DNA from: an uncultured Lachnospiraceae bacterium
Lineage (GTDB): Bacteria; Bacillota; Clostridia; Oscillospirales; CAG-272
Reading direction: 5' to 3'
Assembly (NCBI GenBank): GCA_964521785.1
Contig: CAZFTE010000004.1
Location: forward strand, 9,724 to 73,723
DNA: 64,000 bases
This document shows, piece after piece, positions 17,866-28,617 of this stretch. The position numbers and the translations under genes are program-made. The notes under the pieces were generated by a model. That model was not told the DNA's origin. It did not search any database and was given only the letters and a program-made list of their open reading frames with translations. Position 1 is the first letter of the stretch. Each line of letters starts with the position of its first letter.

Positions 17866-19074
17866 TCAGCCGAGTTTGGAAACGATCTCTTCTGTATCGG
17901 AAGCGATCATAAGCTCTTCGTTCGTGGGGATAACGTAAACCGCTGTCTTTGTGCCTTCCTTGGAAAGCTTAACGATGTTGGGCTGACGAAGTGTCTTTGC
18001 GTTGAGTTCTTCATCGATCTCGATGCCGAAGAACTGCATATTTTCGCAAACTCTCTGGCGAAGTTCGGGGTTGTTTTCGCCCATACCTGCTGTGAATACG
18101 ACAGCGTCAACGCCGTTCATTGCAGCTGTGTAAGAACCGATGTATTTTTTGATCTCATAAGCGAGGACTTCTGCTGCGAGTTCACATCTCTTGTCGCCGT
18201 TGAGGATACCTGCTTCGATATCGCGGCTGTCGGAGGATACGCCGGAAACACCGAGGAAACCGCATTTCTTGTTCATGAAGTTATCCATTTCATCGGGTGT
18301 GAGATTTTCTTTTTTCATGATGAATGTTACGATAGCGGGGTCGATAGAACCGCATCTTGTACCCATTTCAACACCGTCAAGGGGAGTAAAGCCCATAGAT
18401 GTGTCGATTACTTTGCCGCCCATTACTGCGGAAACGGAAGAACCGTTACCGATGTGGCAAGTGATGATCTTTGTTTCTTCAACGGGCTTGTTGAGGAGCT
18501 TAGCCATTTCGCGAGAAACGAACTTGTGGCTCGTGCCGTGGAAGCCGTAACGGCGAATGTGATATTCTTCGCACATTTCGTAAGGAAGAGCGTATGTATA
18601 AGCCTTTGCGGGCATTGTCTGGTGGAATGCTGTGTCAAATACGAGTACCTGGGGAACTGTGGGCATTACAGCCTTGCAACCCTGGATACCCATGATGTGT
18701 GCGCCTGTGTGAAGGGGAGCGAGGTCGCGGCAAAGCTCAAGCTTTGCAAGAACTTCGTCTGTAAGAAGGCAGCTTTCGAAGAAGTAAGGGCCGCCATGAA
18801 CGATTCTATGACCGATAGCTTCGATCTCATCCATACTTGTAAGACAGCCGTATTCCTTGCTTGTAAGAGCGTCTACAACGATCTTTGTTGCAACGGAATG
18901 GTTGGGCATAGCGATATCTTCTGTCCATCTTCTGCCGTCCGCACATTTGTGATCGATCTTACCGTCGATGCCGATGCGTTCGCAGATACCCTTTGCAGGA
19001 ACCTGACCTGTTACTGTGTCGAAAAGCTGATATTTGAGAGAAGAGCTTCCGGCGTTTACTACCAATACTTTCAT
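17866..19074 (-). CDS. ackA: acetate kinase
   Basis: 402 aa. It has the MKVLVVNAGSSSLKYQLFD N-terminus and full-length similarity to the family. Confidence 0.95.
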   Translation of the reverse strand: MKVLVVNAGSSSLKYQLFDTVTGQVPAKGICERIGIDGKIDHKCADGRRWTEDIAMPNHSVATKIVVDALTSKEYGCLTSMDEIEAIGHRIVHGGPYFFESCLLTDEVLAKLELCRDLAPLHTGAHIMGIQGCKAVMPTVPQVLVFDTAFHQTMPAKAYTYALPYEMCEEYHIRRYGFHGTSHKFVSREMAKLLNKPVEETKIITCHIGNGSSVSAVMGGKVIDTSMGFTPLDGVEMGTRCGSIDPAIVTFIMKKENLTPDEMDNFMNKKCGFLGVSGVSSDSRDIEAGILNGDKRCELAAEVLAYEIKKYIGSYTAAMNGVDAVVFTAGMGENNPELRQRVCENMQFFGIEIDEELNAKTLRQPNIVKLSKEGTKTAVYVIPTNEELMIASDTEEIVSKLG

Positions 19075-19226
19075 TTTGAAAAACCTCCGTGTTACCTCTG
19101 TTGATTTTTGAGTTGAAATATATTATAATTTTAATAATAATACATTTCTATTATAAATGAAATATCTTTTATTTTCAATAGATAAATTCAATAATTTTTA
19201 ACAAAATATTAAAAAGGAGCATATAT

Positions 19227-20414
19227 ATGTGCAATTACGCGGTCATTTGCGAATATAATCCGTTTCATTTCGGGCATGAATATCAGCTTTCTCAGATAAA
19301 GAAGATGGGTGGAAGCGTTACCGCTGTCATGAGCGGCGATCTCTGCCAACGCGGAGAAACTGCGATCGCAGATAAATACGAGAGGGCGAAAGCGGCATTG
19401 CGCGGAGGTGCGGACCTTGTGTTGGAGCTTCCATTTCCGTATAGTTGTGCAGGCGCGGAGAAGTTTGCTTTCGGAGCTGTCGATATAATAAGCAGGCTCG
19501 GTTTTATAGACAAACTTTCGTTCGGAAGCGAATGTGGAGACGCGGAGCTTATAAAAGCTACCGCGAAAAACGTTCTTTCCGCAGAATTTGAGCGAGCGCT
19601 CCGCGAAAATATGAAAGCGAACAGCGAAAGACCTTACGGAACGGTCTATTTTGAAACTTATCGCGATGTTTTCGGCGATGACGGAATATTCGACGGCTCC
19701 AACAATATATTGGGAGTGTCGTATGCTTCGGAGATAATAAAAAGAAATATATCAATAGAGCTTTCGACGGTGAAACGAGAGGGTCAATCTTACGGCGGCG
19801 ACGGAGAGGGGATGGCGAGCGCAACATCGGTGCGCGAAGCGATATCTTCAAAAGGTATCGAAGCGGTACGCGAAATGCTTCCTCAATATTCCTATGAAAT
19901 CTTGCGAAGCGAGTTTGAGAATGGGAGATTAGTTGATATGGAAGGATATTTTGCCGTGTTCGCCTCTTTTTTGCGTACTCGCTCCGCACAGGATATAGCC
20001 GCTTTTGCGGAAAATGATATGGGCATTGCTTCTCGCTTGATAAAAGCAGGAAATGAAGCGCACAGTATGGCGGAGCTTTATGCTTTGGCGCAAACAAAAA
20101 AATATTCGCTCTCGCGTCTGCGCCGAGCATTATTGTTCTCTTATTTCGGTGTTACGAAAGAGATGCTCTGCGTGCCGCCGACATACACAGTATTGCTTGC
20201 CGCGAACGACAAGGGCAGAGAACTGCTTTCCGTTGCGCGAAAAAAAGCGGATATACCGATAATAACCAAGCCTGCGGACTACGACAAATACGGCGAAGAT
20301 GTAAAAACAGCTTTCGAACTTTCCAAAAAAGCTGCCGCGGTCCGTCTTTTGGCACAGAAAAAGTCGGGTGCTGTCTCCGAGGTGATGAAGCGCAGACCAT
20401 ATATAGAAAAATGA
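19227..20414 (+). CDS. tmcAL: tRNA(Met) cytidine acetate ligase (UPF0348/DUF795 nucleotidyltransferase)
   Basis: 395 aa. The N-terminal ICEYNPFHFGHEYQL...VMSGDLCQRGE matches the YlbM/TmcAL family. Confidence 0.8.
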   Translation: MCNYAVICEYNPFHFGHEYQLSQIKKMGGSVTAVMSGDLCQRGETAIADKYERAKAALRGGADLVLELPFPYSCAGAEKFAFGAVDIISRLGFIDKLSFGSECGDAELIKATAKNVLSAEFERALRENMKANSERPYGTVYFETYRDVFGDDGIFDGSNNILGVSYASEIIKRNISIELSTVKREGQSYGGDGEGMASATSVREAISSKGIEAVREMLPQYSYEILRSEFENGRLVDMEGYFAVFASFLRTRSAQDIAAFAENDMGIASRLIKAGNEAHSMAELYALAQTKKYSLSRLRRALLFSYFGVTKEMLCVPPTYTVLLAANDKGRELLSVARKKADIPIITKPADYDKYGEDVKTAFELSKKAAAVRLLAQKKSGAVSEVMKRRPYIEK

Positions 20415-20461
20415 TGCGGCAAGCGTCATTTTTGCATATAATGATAGCGGAGGTGATATTT

Positions 20462-21364
20462 ATGATAAAAGGCTCGATATCCGCTATCGTTACGCCTTTT
20501 CTTGAAAACGGAGAGATAGATTTCGATCGTTACGGTAAGATGATTGAATTTCATATAAAACACGGAACGAACGGCTTGGTCGTATTGGGTACGACGGGCG
20601 AAGCACCGACCATAAACGATGATGAATCAGCCGCGCTTATTTCTTATGCGGTGAGGACATCTCGCGGCAGAATACCTATCATAGCGGGTTGCGGCTCCAA
20701 CGATACCGCACGTGCAAAAAAGAGGTGCGTTGCCGCGGAGCGCATGGGAGCGGACGCTATACTTTTGTTGACACCATACTATAATAAAGCAAACTACAAA
20801 GGAATGACGGAACATTTTATAATGTGTGCCGACAGCGTAGATATTCCTATTATTATATATAACGTGCCATCACGTACAGGTTGCTCGTTGACGATACGGC
20901 AGATATCGGAATTAAAAGATCACCGCAATATATCGGGCATAAAAGAAGCAAGCGGAAATATGAGCTTTCTTACGAAAGTATGCGCGCTTGCGGACGATGA
21001 TTTTGCGGTATATTGCGGTTGCGACGATATAAATGTTCCTGCGCTTTCCGTGGGAGCCGTCGGCATCATCTCGGTGCTTGCAAACATACTGCCGAGAGAA
21101 TGTCGCAAGATGACTGAGTGCATGGAAAACGGAGATGTTGCGGTGGCGAGAGCCATGCAACACAGATACAGCGGACTTATCTCCGCGCTCTTTTCCGAAG
21201 TGAATCCGATCCCGATAAAAACGGCGATGAATATCTTATCTTTTGGCGATATAGGCTCCGTCGGCTCTTTTCGCTTGCCCCTGTGCGAAATGGGTAAGGA
21301 AGCGCGTGAAAACCTTGAAAAAGAGCTTGCGCTTTTGGCATCTGACTTTGAAAAATACAGATAG
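20462..21364 (+). CDS. dapA: 4-hydroxy-tetrahydrodipicolinate synthase
   Basis: Start moved to the ATG at 20462 (GGAGG SD). GSISAIVTPF...VVLGTTGEAPT...YNVPSRTG are DapA signatures. Confidence 0.92.
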   Translation: MIKGSISAIVTPFLENGEIDFDRYGKMIEFHIKHGTNGLVVLGTTGEAPTINDDESAALISYAVRTSRGRIPIIAGCGSNDTARAKKRCVAAERMGADAILLLTPYYNKANYKGMTEHFIMCADSVDIPIIIYNVPSRTGCSLTIRQISELKDHRNISGIKEASGNMSFLTKVCALADDDFAVYCGCDDINVPALSVGAVGIISVLANILPRECRKMTECMENGDVAVARAMQHRYSGLISALFSEVNPIPIKTAMNILSFGDIGSVGSFRLPLCEMGKEARENLEKELALLASDFEKYR

Positions 21365-21385
21365 ACATATCACGATCATAAAACA

Positions 21386-21417
21386 AAAAGCTCGCCGAGT
21401 ATATCGGCGAGCTTTAA
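21386..21417. terminator. bidirectional intrinsic terminator
   Basis: AAAGCTCGCCGA...TCGGCGAGCTTT between convergent dapA and ispH. Confidence 0.8.
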
Positions 21418-21429
21418 TTCTAACTGAAA

Positions 21430-23394
21430 TTATTCAGCGTCTGTTGCTTCTTCAGCAGCTTCGTTCTCTTCGTTGAGAAGAGCGCGGATAGAAAGGCTTA
21501 CTTTCTTGTTTTCTGTATCGATCTCAAGGATCTTAGCAGCAACTACATCGCCCTTTTTGAGTACTTCAGCGGGTGTAGCGAGCTTCTTGTTAGCGATCTG
21601 AGAGATGTGGATAAGACCGTCAACGCCGGGAATAATCTGAGCAAATGCGCCGAAGGGCATGATGGAAACGATAGTTACGTCTGCAACATCGCCAACTGCG
21701 TATTTAGATGTGAATGCGTTCCAGGGGTTGGATCCTTCTGTCTTGTAGCCGAGGGAAACTCTGCCTTTTTCACGGTCGAAAGCTTTAACGAATACTTCGA
21801 TCTCGTCGCCAACGGAAACAACTTCCTTGGGGTTAGCGATTCTTGTCCAAGAGAGTTCAGATGTATGTACCATACCGTCAACACCGCCGAGGTCTACGAA
21901 TGCGCCGTAGCTTGTAAGGCTCTTAACCTTACCAACGTAGTGCTTGTCAACTTCAACGTTTGCCCAGAATGCTTCTTCAGCAGCCTTGCGTTCTTCTGTT
22001 GCAACTTTGCGGATAGAACCTACAACGTGGTGCTTTTCGGGAGAAACTTCAATGATCTTGAATTTCTGAACTGTACCAACGATGGAAGAGAGTTCGCCGC
22101 CGCGAGCAACCATTGTCTGGGATGCGGGGATGAAGATTCTGTTGGAAAGAGCGTATGCGATAACGCCGCCCTTAACAGCGCCTGTGATCTTGCCTTCGAT
22201 AATTGTTTCGTTTTCGGAAGCTTCGATAACTTTCTGCCAATCCTTCTGTGCGTCAACTTTCTTTTTGGAAAGCATAGCGATACCTTCGATGTCGCTTACT
22301 CTGATAGCGATAGCGTCAACAGTGTCGCCTACTTTGAACAAGTTTTCAAGTTTTGCTGTAGGGTCGTCTGTAACGTTTTCAAGGGTAAGAATACCTGTAA
22401 CCTTGGAACCGATATCAACGTGAACTTCTGTATTGGATACAGATGTAACAACACCGGACACTTTATCTCCTGTATTTAAAGTTTTGAAAGATTCATCAAG
22501 AAGCTGTGCGAAATTTTCCTGTTCGCTCATGATTTTTTTTACCTCCTCAATCATGTAACCGGGCGTAGACGCTCCGGCTGTGATGCCTACTATGGGCATT
22601 CGTGTTATATTTTTCGGAATGTCTGTGAAATGTTCGACAAAAAATGTCTGCGGATTATTGTGGCGGCTTATCTCAAACAATTTTTTCGTATTTGAGCTGT
22701 TCCTGCCACCGATGACCAACATAGCGTCGCATTTTTTGGAAAGAGTATTCACTTCTAACTGACGATTTTCCGTAACACTACATATTGTATCAAAAATAAG
22801 CGGATTTGTACATACTTTTTTGAGAAATTCTTGACATTTTTTATATTCAGCCAAATTTTGAGTCGTTTGTGAGGCTAAAATAAACGTTTTCGTGCATATT
22901 TTTTCATTTTCAAGCCCTGAAATTATGTTTTTGAGCTTTTCACATGAATCGAAAATAAAATATTCTCCCTTAATATGGCTCGATATACCGATGACCTCGG
23001 GGTGGTGTTCCGTTCCGAAAAGGAGCGTGATGGTCTGTTCTCCCGTGTGCTTTGTCATTATAGAATGAATCTTGGACACGAACGGACAAGTACAGTCCAC
23101 AAGAGTAGCGCCACTTGTCGCTATCTTTTCCATCAATTCTTTTTTGACGCCGTGGGCGCGAATGATGAACGTGATATTTTCGGGGTCTGTCGAAAGTATC
23201 TCGTCAAGCTCGTCTTCTTCAACAGGCTCTACGCCTTTTTTACGAAGATCTTCTATCATGACTGGATTGTGTATCAGAAGACCGAGGGTGTATATCTTTT
23301 TTTTCTCGTTCTTTTTCAAAACATCGTATACGGTGTTTACGGCGCGTTCAACGCCGAAGCAAAAGCCCGCATATTCCGCAACTTTTATTTCCAT
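21430..23394 (-). CDS. ispH: bifunctional 4-hydroxy-3-methylbut-2-enyl diphosphate reductase / ribosomal protein S1-domain protein
   Basis: The N-terminal roughly 285 aa (AGFCFGVERAV...) are IspH/LytB. The C-terminal half has four S1 repeats (GxVxxVxxxGAFVDLGG-type). This fusion is common in Clostridia. Start is ATG 23394 or TTG 23400. Confidence 0.9.
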   Translation of the reverse strand: MEIKVAEYAGFCFGVERAVNTVYDVLKKNEKKKIYTLGLLIHNPVMIEDLRKKGVEPVEEDELDEILSTDPENITFIIRAHGVKKELMEKIATSGATLVDCTCPFVSKIHSIMTKHTGEQTITLLFGTEHHPEVIGISSHIKGEYFIFDSCEKLKNIISGLENEKICTKTFILASQTTQNLAEYKKCQEFLKKVCTNPLIFDTICSVTENRQLEVNTLSKKCDAMLVIGGRNSSNTKKLFEISRHNNPQTFFVEHFTDIPKNITRMPIVGITAGASTPGYMIEEVKKIMSEQENFAQLLDESFKTLNTGDKVSGVVTSVSNTEVHVDIGSKVTGILTLENVTDDPTAKLENLFKVGDTVDAIAIRVSDIEGIAMLSKKKVDAQKDWQKVIEASENETIIEGKITGAVKGGVIAYALSNRIFIPASQTMVARGGELSSIVGTVQKFKIIEVSPEKHHVVGSIRKVATEERKAAEEAFWANVEVDKHYVGKVKSLTSYGAFVDLGGVDGMVHTSELSWTRIANPKEVVSVGDEIEVFVKAFDREKGRVSLGYKTEGSNPWNAFTSKYAVGDVADVTIVSIMPFGAFAQIIPGVDGLIHISQIANKKLATPAEVLKKGDVVAAKILEIDTENKKVSLSIRALLNEENEAAEEATDAE

Positions 23395-23396
23395 CG

Positions 23397-24035
23397 TCAA
23401 CTTTCGATATTTCTGTCGGGGTCAAGAGAGCATATCCTCTCCGCTATGATCTTTGAAGCCGCATTGACTTTGCCGGACCTACTGTTATCCTCAGCATTGT
23501 CCTTTTCAAAACCAAGCTCTTCATATTTTATCATATCTCCGTAGTAAATATCAACCTTTCTGAAAAATTTTGTTCGAAATTTTTTCGGTTTTATGTAAAT
23601 GGGAAGCACATCGCACTTTGCTTCGCGCGCTATCATGCACGCACCGCTATGGAATTGCGATACTTCTGGGGCTTTATCTCTGCATCTCGTACCCTGGGGG
23701 AAGATACAAACGACTTCGCCTTGTTTCAAAACGTCTATCGCACTGTGGAGTGCTTTCATGTCAGCCATGCCGCGTTTTATCGGAATAACGCCTATCTTCT
23801 TGGCAACGTAACGGACCAAAGGATTTTTTGTTATCTCTGCTTTGGCTATAAAATGTATCTGTCTCTTTGTACCCATGGCGACGAAGCAGATGTCGTGTGC
23901 GCTTACATGGTTTGCACATATGAGATAAGATCGATCTTTTGAGGGTCTTTTTTCTTTGTTATGGTATTTTATCGGAAAACAGATATGATAGAATATCCTT
24001 ACAAAAAAGAGCAAAAATGCATAGAGCGGATTCAT
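23397..24035 (-). CDS. plsC: 1-acyl-sn-glycerol-3-phosphate acyltransferase
   Basis: 212 aa with the HX4D motif (NHVSAHD) and FPQGTR block. Confidence 0.85.
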   Translation of the reverse strand: MNPLYAFLLFFVRIFYHICFPIKYHNKEKRPSKDRSYLICANHVSAHDICFVAMGTKRQIHFIAKAEITKNPLVRYVAKKIGVIPIKRGMADMKALHSAIDVLKQGEVVCIFPQGTRCRDKAPEVSQFHSGACMIAREAKCDVLPIYIKPKKFRTKFFRKVDIYYGDMIKYEELGFEKDNAEDNSRSGKVNAASKIIAERICSLDPDRNIES

Positions 24036-24694
24036 TTTGTTTTCTCCATTATAATATTTATTGCTGTTTCGAGCGTTTTTTCAAGTGAATCTGAATTGTC
24101 GAGCATTATAGCGTCTTTTGCGGGTATAGCGGGAGCTATCTTTCTTGTGGAGTCGTTTTTGTCGCGCTCTGCCATTGTCTTTTTGACTTCTTCGAGCGTG
24201 ATATTCTCGCCTTTTTCGATAAGTTCTTCGTAGCGACGGCGAGCTTTGGCGTCATCGCTTGCGTTCATAAAGAATTTGACCGTTGCGTTTGGGAGGATTA
24301 CCGTGCCGATATCTCTGCCGTCCATGATGACGTTGTTCGTCTTTGCCATGTCGCGTTGCAATTCGAGCAAAAATTCGCGTACCGCGGGTATAGCGGATAC
24401 TTTGGAAGCGCCCATGGATATCTCGTTAGTGCGTATCTTATCGGAAACATCTTCTCCGCACATAAACATTCTTTGCGAACCGTCGATGTATTTTACTTCG
24501 AGAGAAAGAGAGGGCAAAAGCACGCAGACTGCGTTTTCGTCCGAGGGATCGACGTTGTTTCTGAGCGTGAAAAGAGCGATTGTGCGATACATCGCGCCCG
24601 TGTCAACATATATATAGCCGAGTTTTTTTGCCAAGGCTTTTGCTACGGTGCTTTTGCCCGCACCGGAGGGACCGTCAAGTGCAATACTTACCAT
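24032..24694 (-). CDS. cmk: cytidylate kinase
   Basis: 220 aa. IALDGPSGAGKSTVAK...YVDTGAMYR. Confidence 0.93.
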   Translation of the reverse strand: MVSIALDGPSGAGKSTVAKALAKKLGYIYVDTGAMYRTIALFTLRNNVDPSDENAVCVLLPSLSLEVKYIDGSQRMFMCGEDVSDKIRTNEISMGASKVSAIPAVREFLLELQRDMAKTNNVIMDGRDIGTVILPNATVKFFMNASDDAKARRRYEELIEKGENITLEEVKKTMAERDKNDSTRKIAPAIPAKDAIMLDNSDSLEKTLETAINIIMEKTK

Positions 24695-24708
24695 AATAAT
24701 ATACCTCG

Positions 24709-25959
24709 TTAAATTTCCGAAAGCTTATCTACTGCCGATTCCGCTGCTTTCATCGCGGTGGAGAATGCTATTTGAAGATTGAAACCGCCTGTGTATGCGT
24801 CCACGTCGATAACTTCACCCGCAAAATAAAGGTTATCCCATTTTTTCGCCTGCATCGTGTTCGGCGATATCTCCGAAACGGCGATCCCGCCGCTCGTAAC
24901 TATCGCTTCGTTGATGGGACGAGTGCCGCTTATCTTAACAGAAAAGTCTTTGAGCAGAGCGACAATGTCTTTTCTCTCTTTTTGTGTGATGGAGTTGACT
25001 TTTTTGTTGGCTGGTATGTTCGAACGCTCGACTATCGTCGGTATCATAGACGAGGGGAGCAAGTCGCAAAGCGCATTTGCAAATTCCTTGTTCTTGTATT
25101 TTTCGAAGTCGGAAACTATCCTCTTATCGAGCTTCTCTGCGTCTAAAGCGGGCTTCAAGTCGATATGGACCTCATATCTGTCGGGTTCCATGGGACGCAT
25201 ATGAGCGGAAGCGGAAAGTATCATAGGACCACTCACACCGAAGTGAGTAAACAGCATCTCGCCGAAATCGTCGTAGATCTTTTTGTTCTTCTTTGCTGTG
25301 TCGATAACGGAAACACCGACGTTTTTCAGCGCCAAGCCCTGCATCTCGGGGCAACAAGGGTCATCTGAGGTAAGCCCTATGAGCGAGGGAATGGGATCCA
25401 CGGTCTTGATACCGAGCGATTCCGCAAAACGGAAGCCGTCGCCATCGGAACCCGTAACGGTGTAAGAAACACCGCCCGTGCAAACTATTACCGCATCAAA
25501 TTCATATCTGCGCTTTTCGGTCGCAACGAAAGCGATCTTTTCGCCGCTCTCGTCGGGAACGAGAGAAACTACTTTCTCGTGTACTATCTTTGCGCCGTTA
25601 TCCAAAACATATTTTTTGAGCGCCATTACTATATCGTGCGCTTTATCGGAGATCGGAAATACTCTGTTTCCGCGCTCCGTCTTGAGCGGAACGCCGAGTT
25701 CTTCGAAAAGAGCCATCGTGTCCGCCGAAGAGAACGAATTTATCGCAGAAAACATGAATTTTCCGTTTTTGGTCATGCTCTTTATAAAATCATCGGGAGT
25801 GCAGTTATTAGTAACGTTGCATCTGCCTTTGCCTGTTATTCCGAGCTTCATTCCCAAAAGCTTGTTTTTTTCAAAAAGGGTAACGTCGGCTCCCATGGAA
25901 GCGGCTTTACCTGCCGCGCTCATTCCAGCGGGACCGCCGCCTATTACGGCTATTTTCAT
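24709..25959 (-). CDS. NAD(P)/FAD-dependent oxidoreductase, HI0933/YhiN family
   Basis: 416 aa. MKIAVIGGGPAGM...GITGKGRCNVTN is the family signature. Confidence 0.85.
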   Translation of the reverse strand: MKIAVIGGGPAGMSAAGKAASMGADVTLFEKNKLLGMKLGITGKGRCNVTNNCTPDDFIKSMTKNGKFMFSAINSFSSADTMALFEELGVPLKTERGNRVFPISDKAHDIVMALKKYVLDNGAKIVHEKVVSLVPDESGEKIAFVATEKRRYEFDAVIVCTGGVSYTVTGSDGDGFRFAESLGIKTVDPIPSLIGLTSDDPCCPEMQGLALKNVGVSVIDTAKKNKKIYDDFGEMLFTHFGVSGPMILSASAHMRPMEPDRYEVHIDLKPALDAEKLDKRIVSDFEKYKNKEFANALCDLLPSSMIPTIVERSNIPANKKVNSITQKERKDIVALLKDFSVKISGTRPINEAIVTSGGIAVSEISPNTMQAKKWDNLYFAGEVIDVDAYTGGFNLQIAFSTAMKAAESAVDKLSEI

Positions 25960-25970
25960 AAAATCACCTC

Positions 25971-27884
25971 TTATTCTTTTATCGAAGAGAGGAAGTTTTC
26001 CGCTTCCTCAAGTGCCATGAAAAGCTCTTCTGTTCGTTCGTCGATAGCATTGATGCGCGCGGAGATCTCCGAAAGACGAACATAGTTTGTCGCGGCGCTC
26101 GTAGAAGCTTCTTCTTCGAGCGTATGCTTTTCTTCATCGAGTTTGTTTATCTCATTTTCGGCTTTCTCTATGATGCGCTCATTTTTGCGTATCTCGGATT
26201 GGAGCTTTTTGTTTTCGAGATATTTGGTCTTGTTTTCAGTTTCGGCTTTTGGCGCCGATGCTTGTGCATCTGAAATAGCTTCTTTTTGTCTTGCTTTGTA
26301 AGCAAGGTATGCATCATAGCCGTCGTGCCAATCGTAAAAACCGTTGTTCGACATATCGAATATGCGTGTCGCGAGCTTCTTTATGAAATAACGGTCGTGC
26401 GAAACAGCAACGATCGTTCCGTCGAAAGCAAGGAGCGCTTCTTCGAGCGCTTCGCGAGAGCCGATGTCAAGATGGTTCGTCGGTTCGTCGAGAATGAGAA
26501 GATTTACTTTATTGAGGATTATCTTGCAAAGAGCAAGTCTCGCTCTTTCGCCACCCGAAAGCACGGAGACGGTCTTTTCTATATCTTCCGCGAAGAAAAG
26601 GAAGCTTGCAAGCGCATTTCTCGTTATCGTATATGTCAAGTCTTCGCGAGAGTTCATTATCTCTTCGAGGACCGTGTTAGTTTCGGTGAGGTTCTGTATC
26701 TCCTGGTCATAGTATGCGGGTTCAACGGCGCTTCCGAGGTAAAATTCGCCCGCGTCTTGCGCTTTTTTGCCGCCGAGTATTTTAAGAAGAGTGGATTTTC
26801 CGCAACCGTTTGGTCCGATTATCAAAACTCGGTCATTCTTCTTCACGAGGAAGGAGATGTTTGAAAATATCTGTTTTTCTTCGTAAGAAGCGGTAAGCCC
26901 TTCCGCCATGATGACGTCGTTTCCGCTTTCTCCCGAATAGCCGAACGAAAGACGAATGTTTTTGGGAGCGGCTTTCGGTGCGTCTATCTTTTCCATGCGA
27001 GCGAGCGCTTTTTCACGGCTCTCTGCGGCAACGATATTGCGTTCTCTGTTCCATCTGCGCTGTTGTTCGATATATGCTTCTTGGCGAGCAATCTCTTTTT
27101 GTTGTTCGGCATATTTATGTTCGAGCGCCTTGCGTTCAGCCGCTTTCTTTTCCGCGAAAGCGGAATAGTTTCCGTTATAAAGCTTTGCGCGCTTATGCTC
27201 TATCTCGAGCATCTTTGTTGCCACGACATCGAGGAAATAACGGTCATGGGATACGATGACGAGCGTTTTGGGGTACGAACGGAGATGATTTTCGAGCCAT
27301 TCCAACGTATCCGTATCAAGGTGGTTTGTCGGTTCGTCGAGGATAAGTATATCAGGCTCTATCAAAAGCAAGCGTACAAGGGAGAGCCTTGTTCTTTCGC
27401 CGCCTGAAAGACTGCCGACGGAGACACCGTGCATATTTTCGGGAAAACCGAAGCGCGCGAGCATGGATCTTATCCGGCCGCGAAATTCATAACCGCCGAT
27501 ATCGCGGAAACGTTCGGTCAGCGAAGTAAATTCCGCGATGACCTTGTCGTTTCCTTTTGCCACATCGTTTTCAAGCTCTGCAAGTCGTTTTTCCAAGCGC
27601 AACTGTTCTGGAAACGCATGGAGCATCTCTTCGAAAACGGTGCTGTCGGAAAAGAGCATGGCGTTCTGTTCGAGCATGGCAACGGTCTTTCCTTTTCCAA
27701 CGAAAACATTGCCGTCGGTCGCGTTCTGCAAGCCGCATATTATCTTGAGGAGCGTTGATTTGCCCGTGCCGTTCACACCGACGATACCGAGGCGGTCGCC
27801 CTCATTTATTGAAAAATTTATTTTGTCAAGAATGACATCTGTGCCGTATTCGAGGCTGATGTCGTTTACACTTAATGCAATCAT
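25971..27884 (-). CDS. ABC-F family ATPase (two ABC domains, C-terminal coiled coil)
   Basis: 637 aa with two Walker A sites (GVNGTGKST, GPNGCGKST), two LSGGE signatures, no TM segments and a coiled-coil tail. Confidence 0.9.
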   Translation of the reverse strand: MIALSVNDISLEYGTDVILDKINFSINEGDRLGIVGVNGTGKSTLLKIICGLQNATDGNVFVGKGKTVAMLEQNAMLFSDSTVFEEMLHAFPEQLRLEKRLAELENDVAKGNDKVIAEFTSLTERFRDIGGYEFRGRIRSMLARFGFPENMHGVSVGSLSGGERTRLSLVRLLLIEPDILILDEPTNHLDTDTLEWLENHLRSYPKTLVIVSHDRYFLDVVATKMLEIEHKRAKLYNGNYSAFAEKKAAERKALEHKYAEQQKEIARQEAYIEQQRRWNRERNIVAAESREKALARMEKIDAPKAAPKNIRLSFGYSGESGNDVIMAEGLTASYEEKQIFSNISFLVKKNDRVLIIGPNGCGKSTLLKILGGKKAQDAGEFYLGSAVEPAYYDQEIQNLTETNTVLEEIMNSREDLTYTITRNALASFLFFAEDIEKTVSVLSGGERARLALCKIILNKVNLLILDEPTNHLDIGSREALEEALLAFDGTIVAVSHDRYFIKKLATRIFDMSNNGFYDWHDGYDAYLAYKARQKEAISDAQASAPKAETENKTKYLENKKLQSEIRKNERIIEKAENEINKLDEEKHTLEEEASTSAATNYVRLSEISARINAIDERTEELFMALEEAENFLSSIKE

Positions 27885-28005
27885 ATTAACACCTGGTAAA
27901 AAATATTTATCAATTTATATTATAACTCGCAATATATGCTTTTGTCAAATTTTTTTATAATGCATAATATTTAATTAAAGAAAATATTTCAAGGGAGGAA
28001 TTTAT

Positions 28006-28530
28006 ATGAATATGAATACAAGGACGATATGCACTTTGTCTGTGCCGTATCCCGAGCTTCGCGTGGAACGTCAAAACCAAAATTACGCGCGCTTGCTTTC
28101 CGCGGCATACGCGGGCGGGGACGGCGAACTTACGGCTATACTTATGTATCTTTACGGCGAGACTGTGAGCAAGGGGAGGACGCCGAGCGTTCTTTCGGAT
28201 ACGCTTGCTTGCATAGCAAAGACGGAGATGCATCATCTTTCGATGCTCGGCGAGCTTATATTCATGCTTGGCGGAGACCCGAGATATATCAACATGACAA
28301 AGCGCGTTGGCATAAATACGGCGATGTTGCCGTATCAAACGGATCCCGCGCGTATCATAGCGAACGCGGTCTCCGCAGAGGACAGAGCCATAAAGCTTTA
28401 CGAGAGCCTTTACAGAGCGATAGACGATAAATATATTCGCGCAGTCATCAAGAGGATAATCATGGACGAAGAGCATCATTTAAAGATATTTTCGGAGATG
28501 CAAAGCGTTTCCGTGCCTTACAGAAAATAA
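28006..28530 (+). CDS. ferritin-like / manganese-catalase (CotJC-like) family protein
   Basis: 174 aa. NQNYARLLSAAYAGGDGELTAILMYLY parallels the CotJC/Mn-catalase N-terminal helix. E..H pairs (TEMHH, EEHH) are present. Confidence 0.6.
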   Translation: MNMNTRTICTLSVPYPELRVERQNQNYARLLSAAYAGGDGELTAILMYLYGETVSKGRTPSVLSDTLACIAKTEMHHLSMLGELIFMLGGDPRYINMTKRVGINTAMLPYQTDPARIIANAVSAEDRAIKLYESLYRAIDDKYIRAVIKRIIMDEEHHLKIFSEMQSVSVPYRK

Positions 28531-28558
28531 AAAACGGATAGCTGCGGATAAACGAGAA

Positions 28559-28598
28559 GCACCTCAAAAAGCGTACGACTTTTTGAGGTGCATATTTT
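28559..28598. terminator. intrinsic terminator between convergent genes
   Basis: GCACCTCAAAAAG...CTTTTTGAGGTGC 13-bp stem followed by ATATTTTG. Confidence 0.75.
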
Positions 28599-28617
28599 GT
28601 GTTTAAATGTTATAATA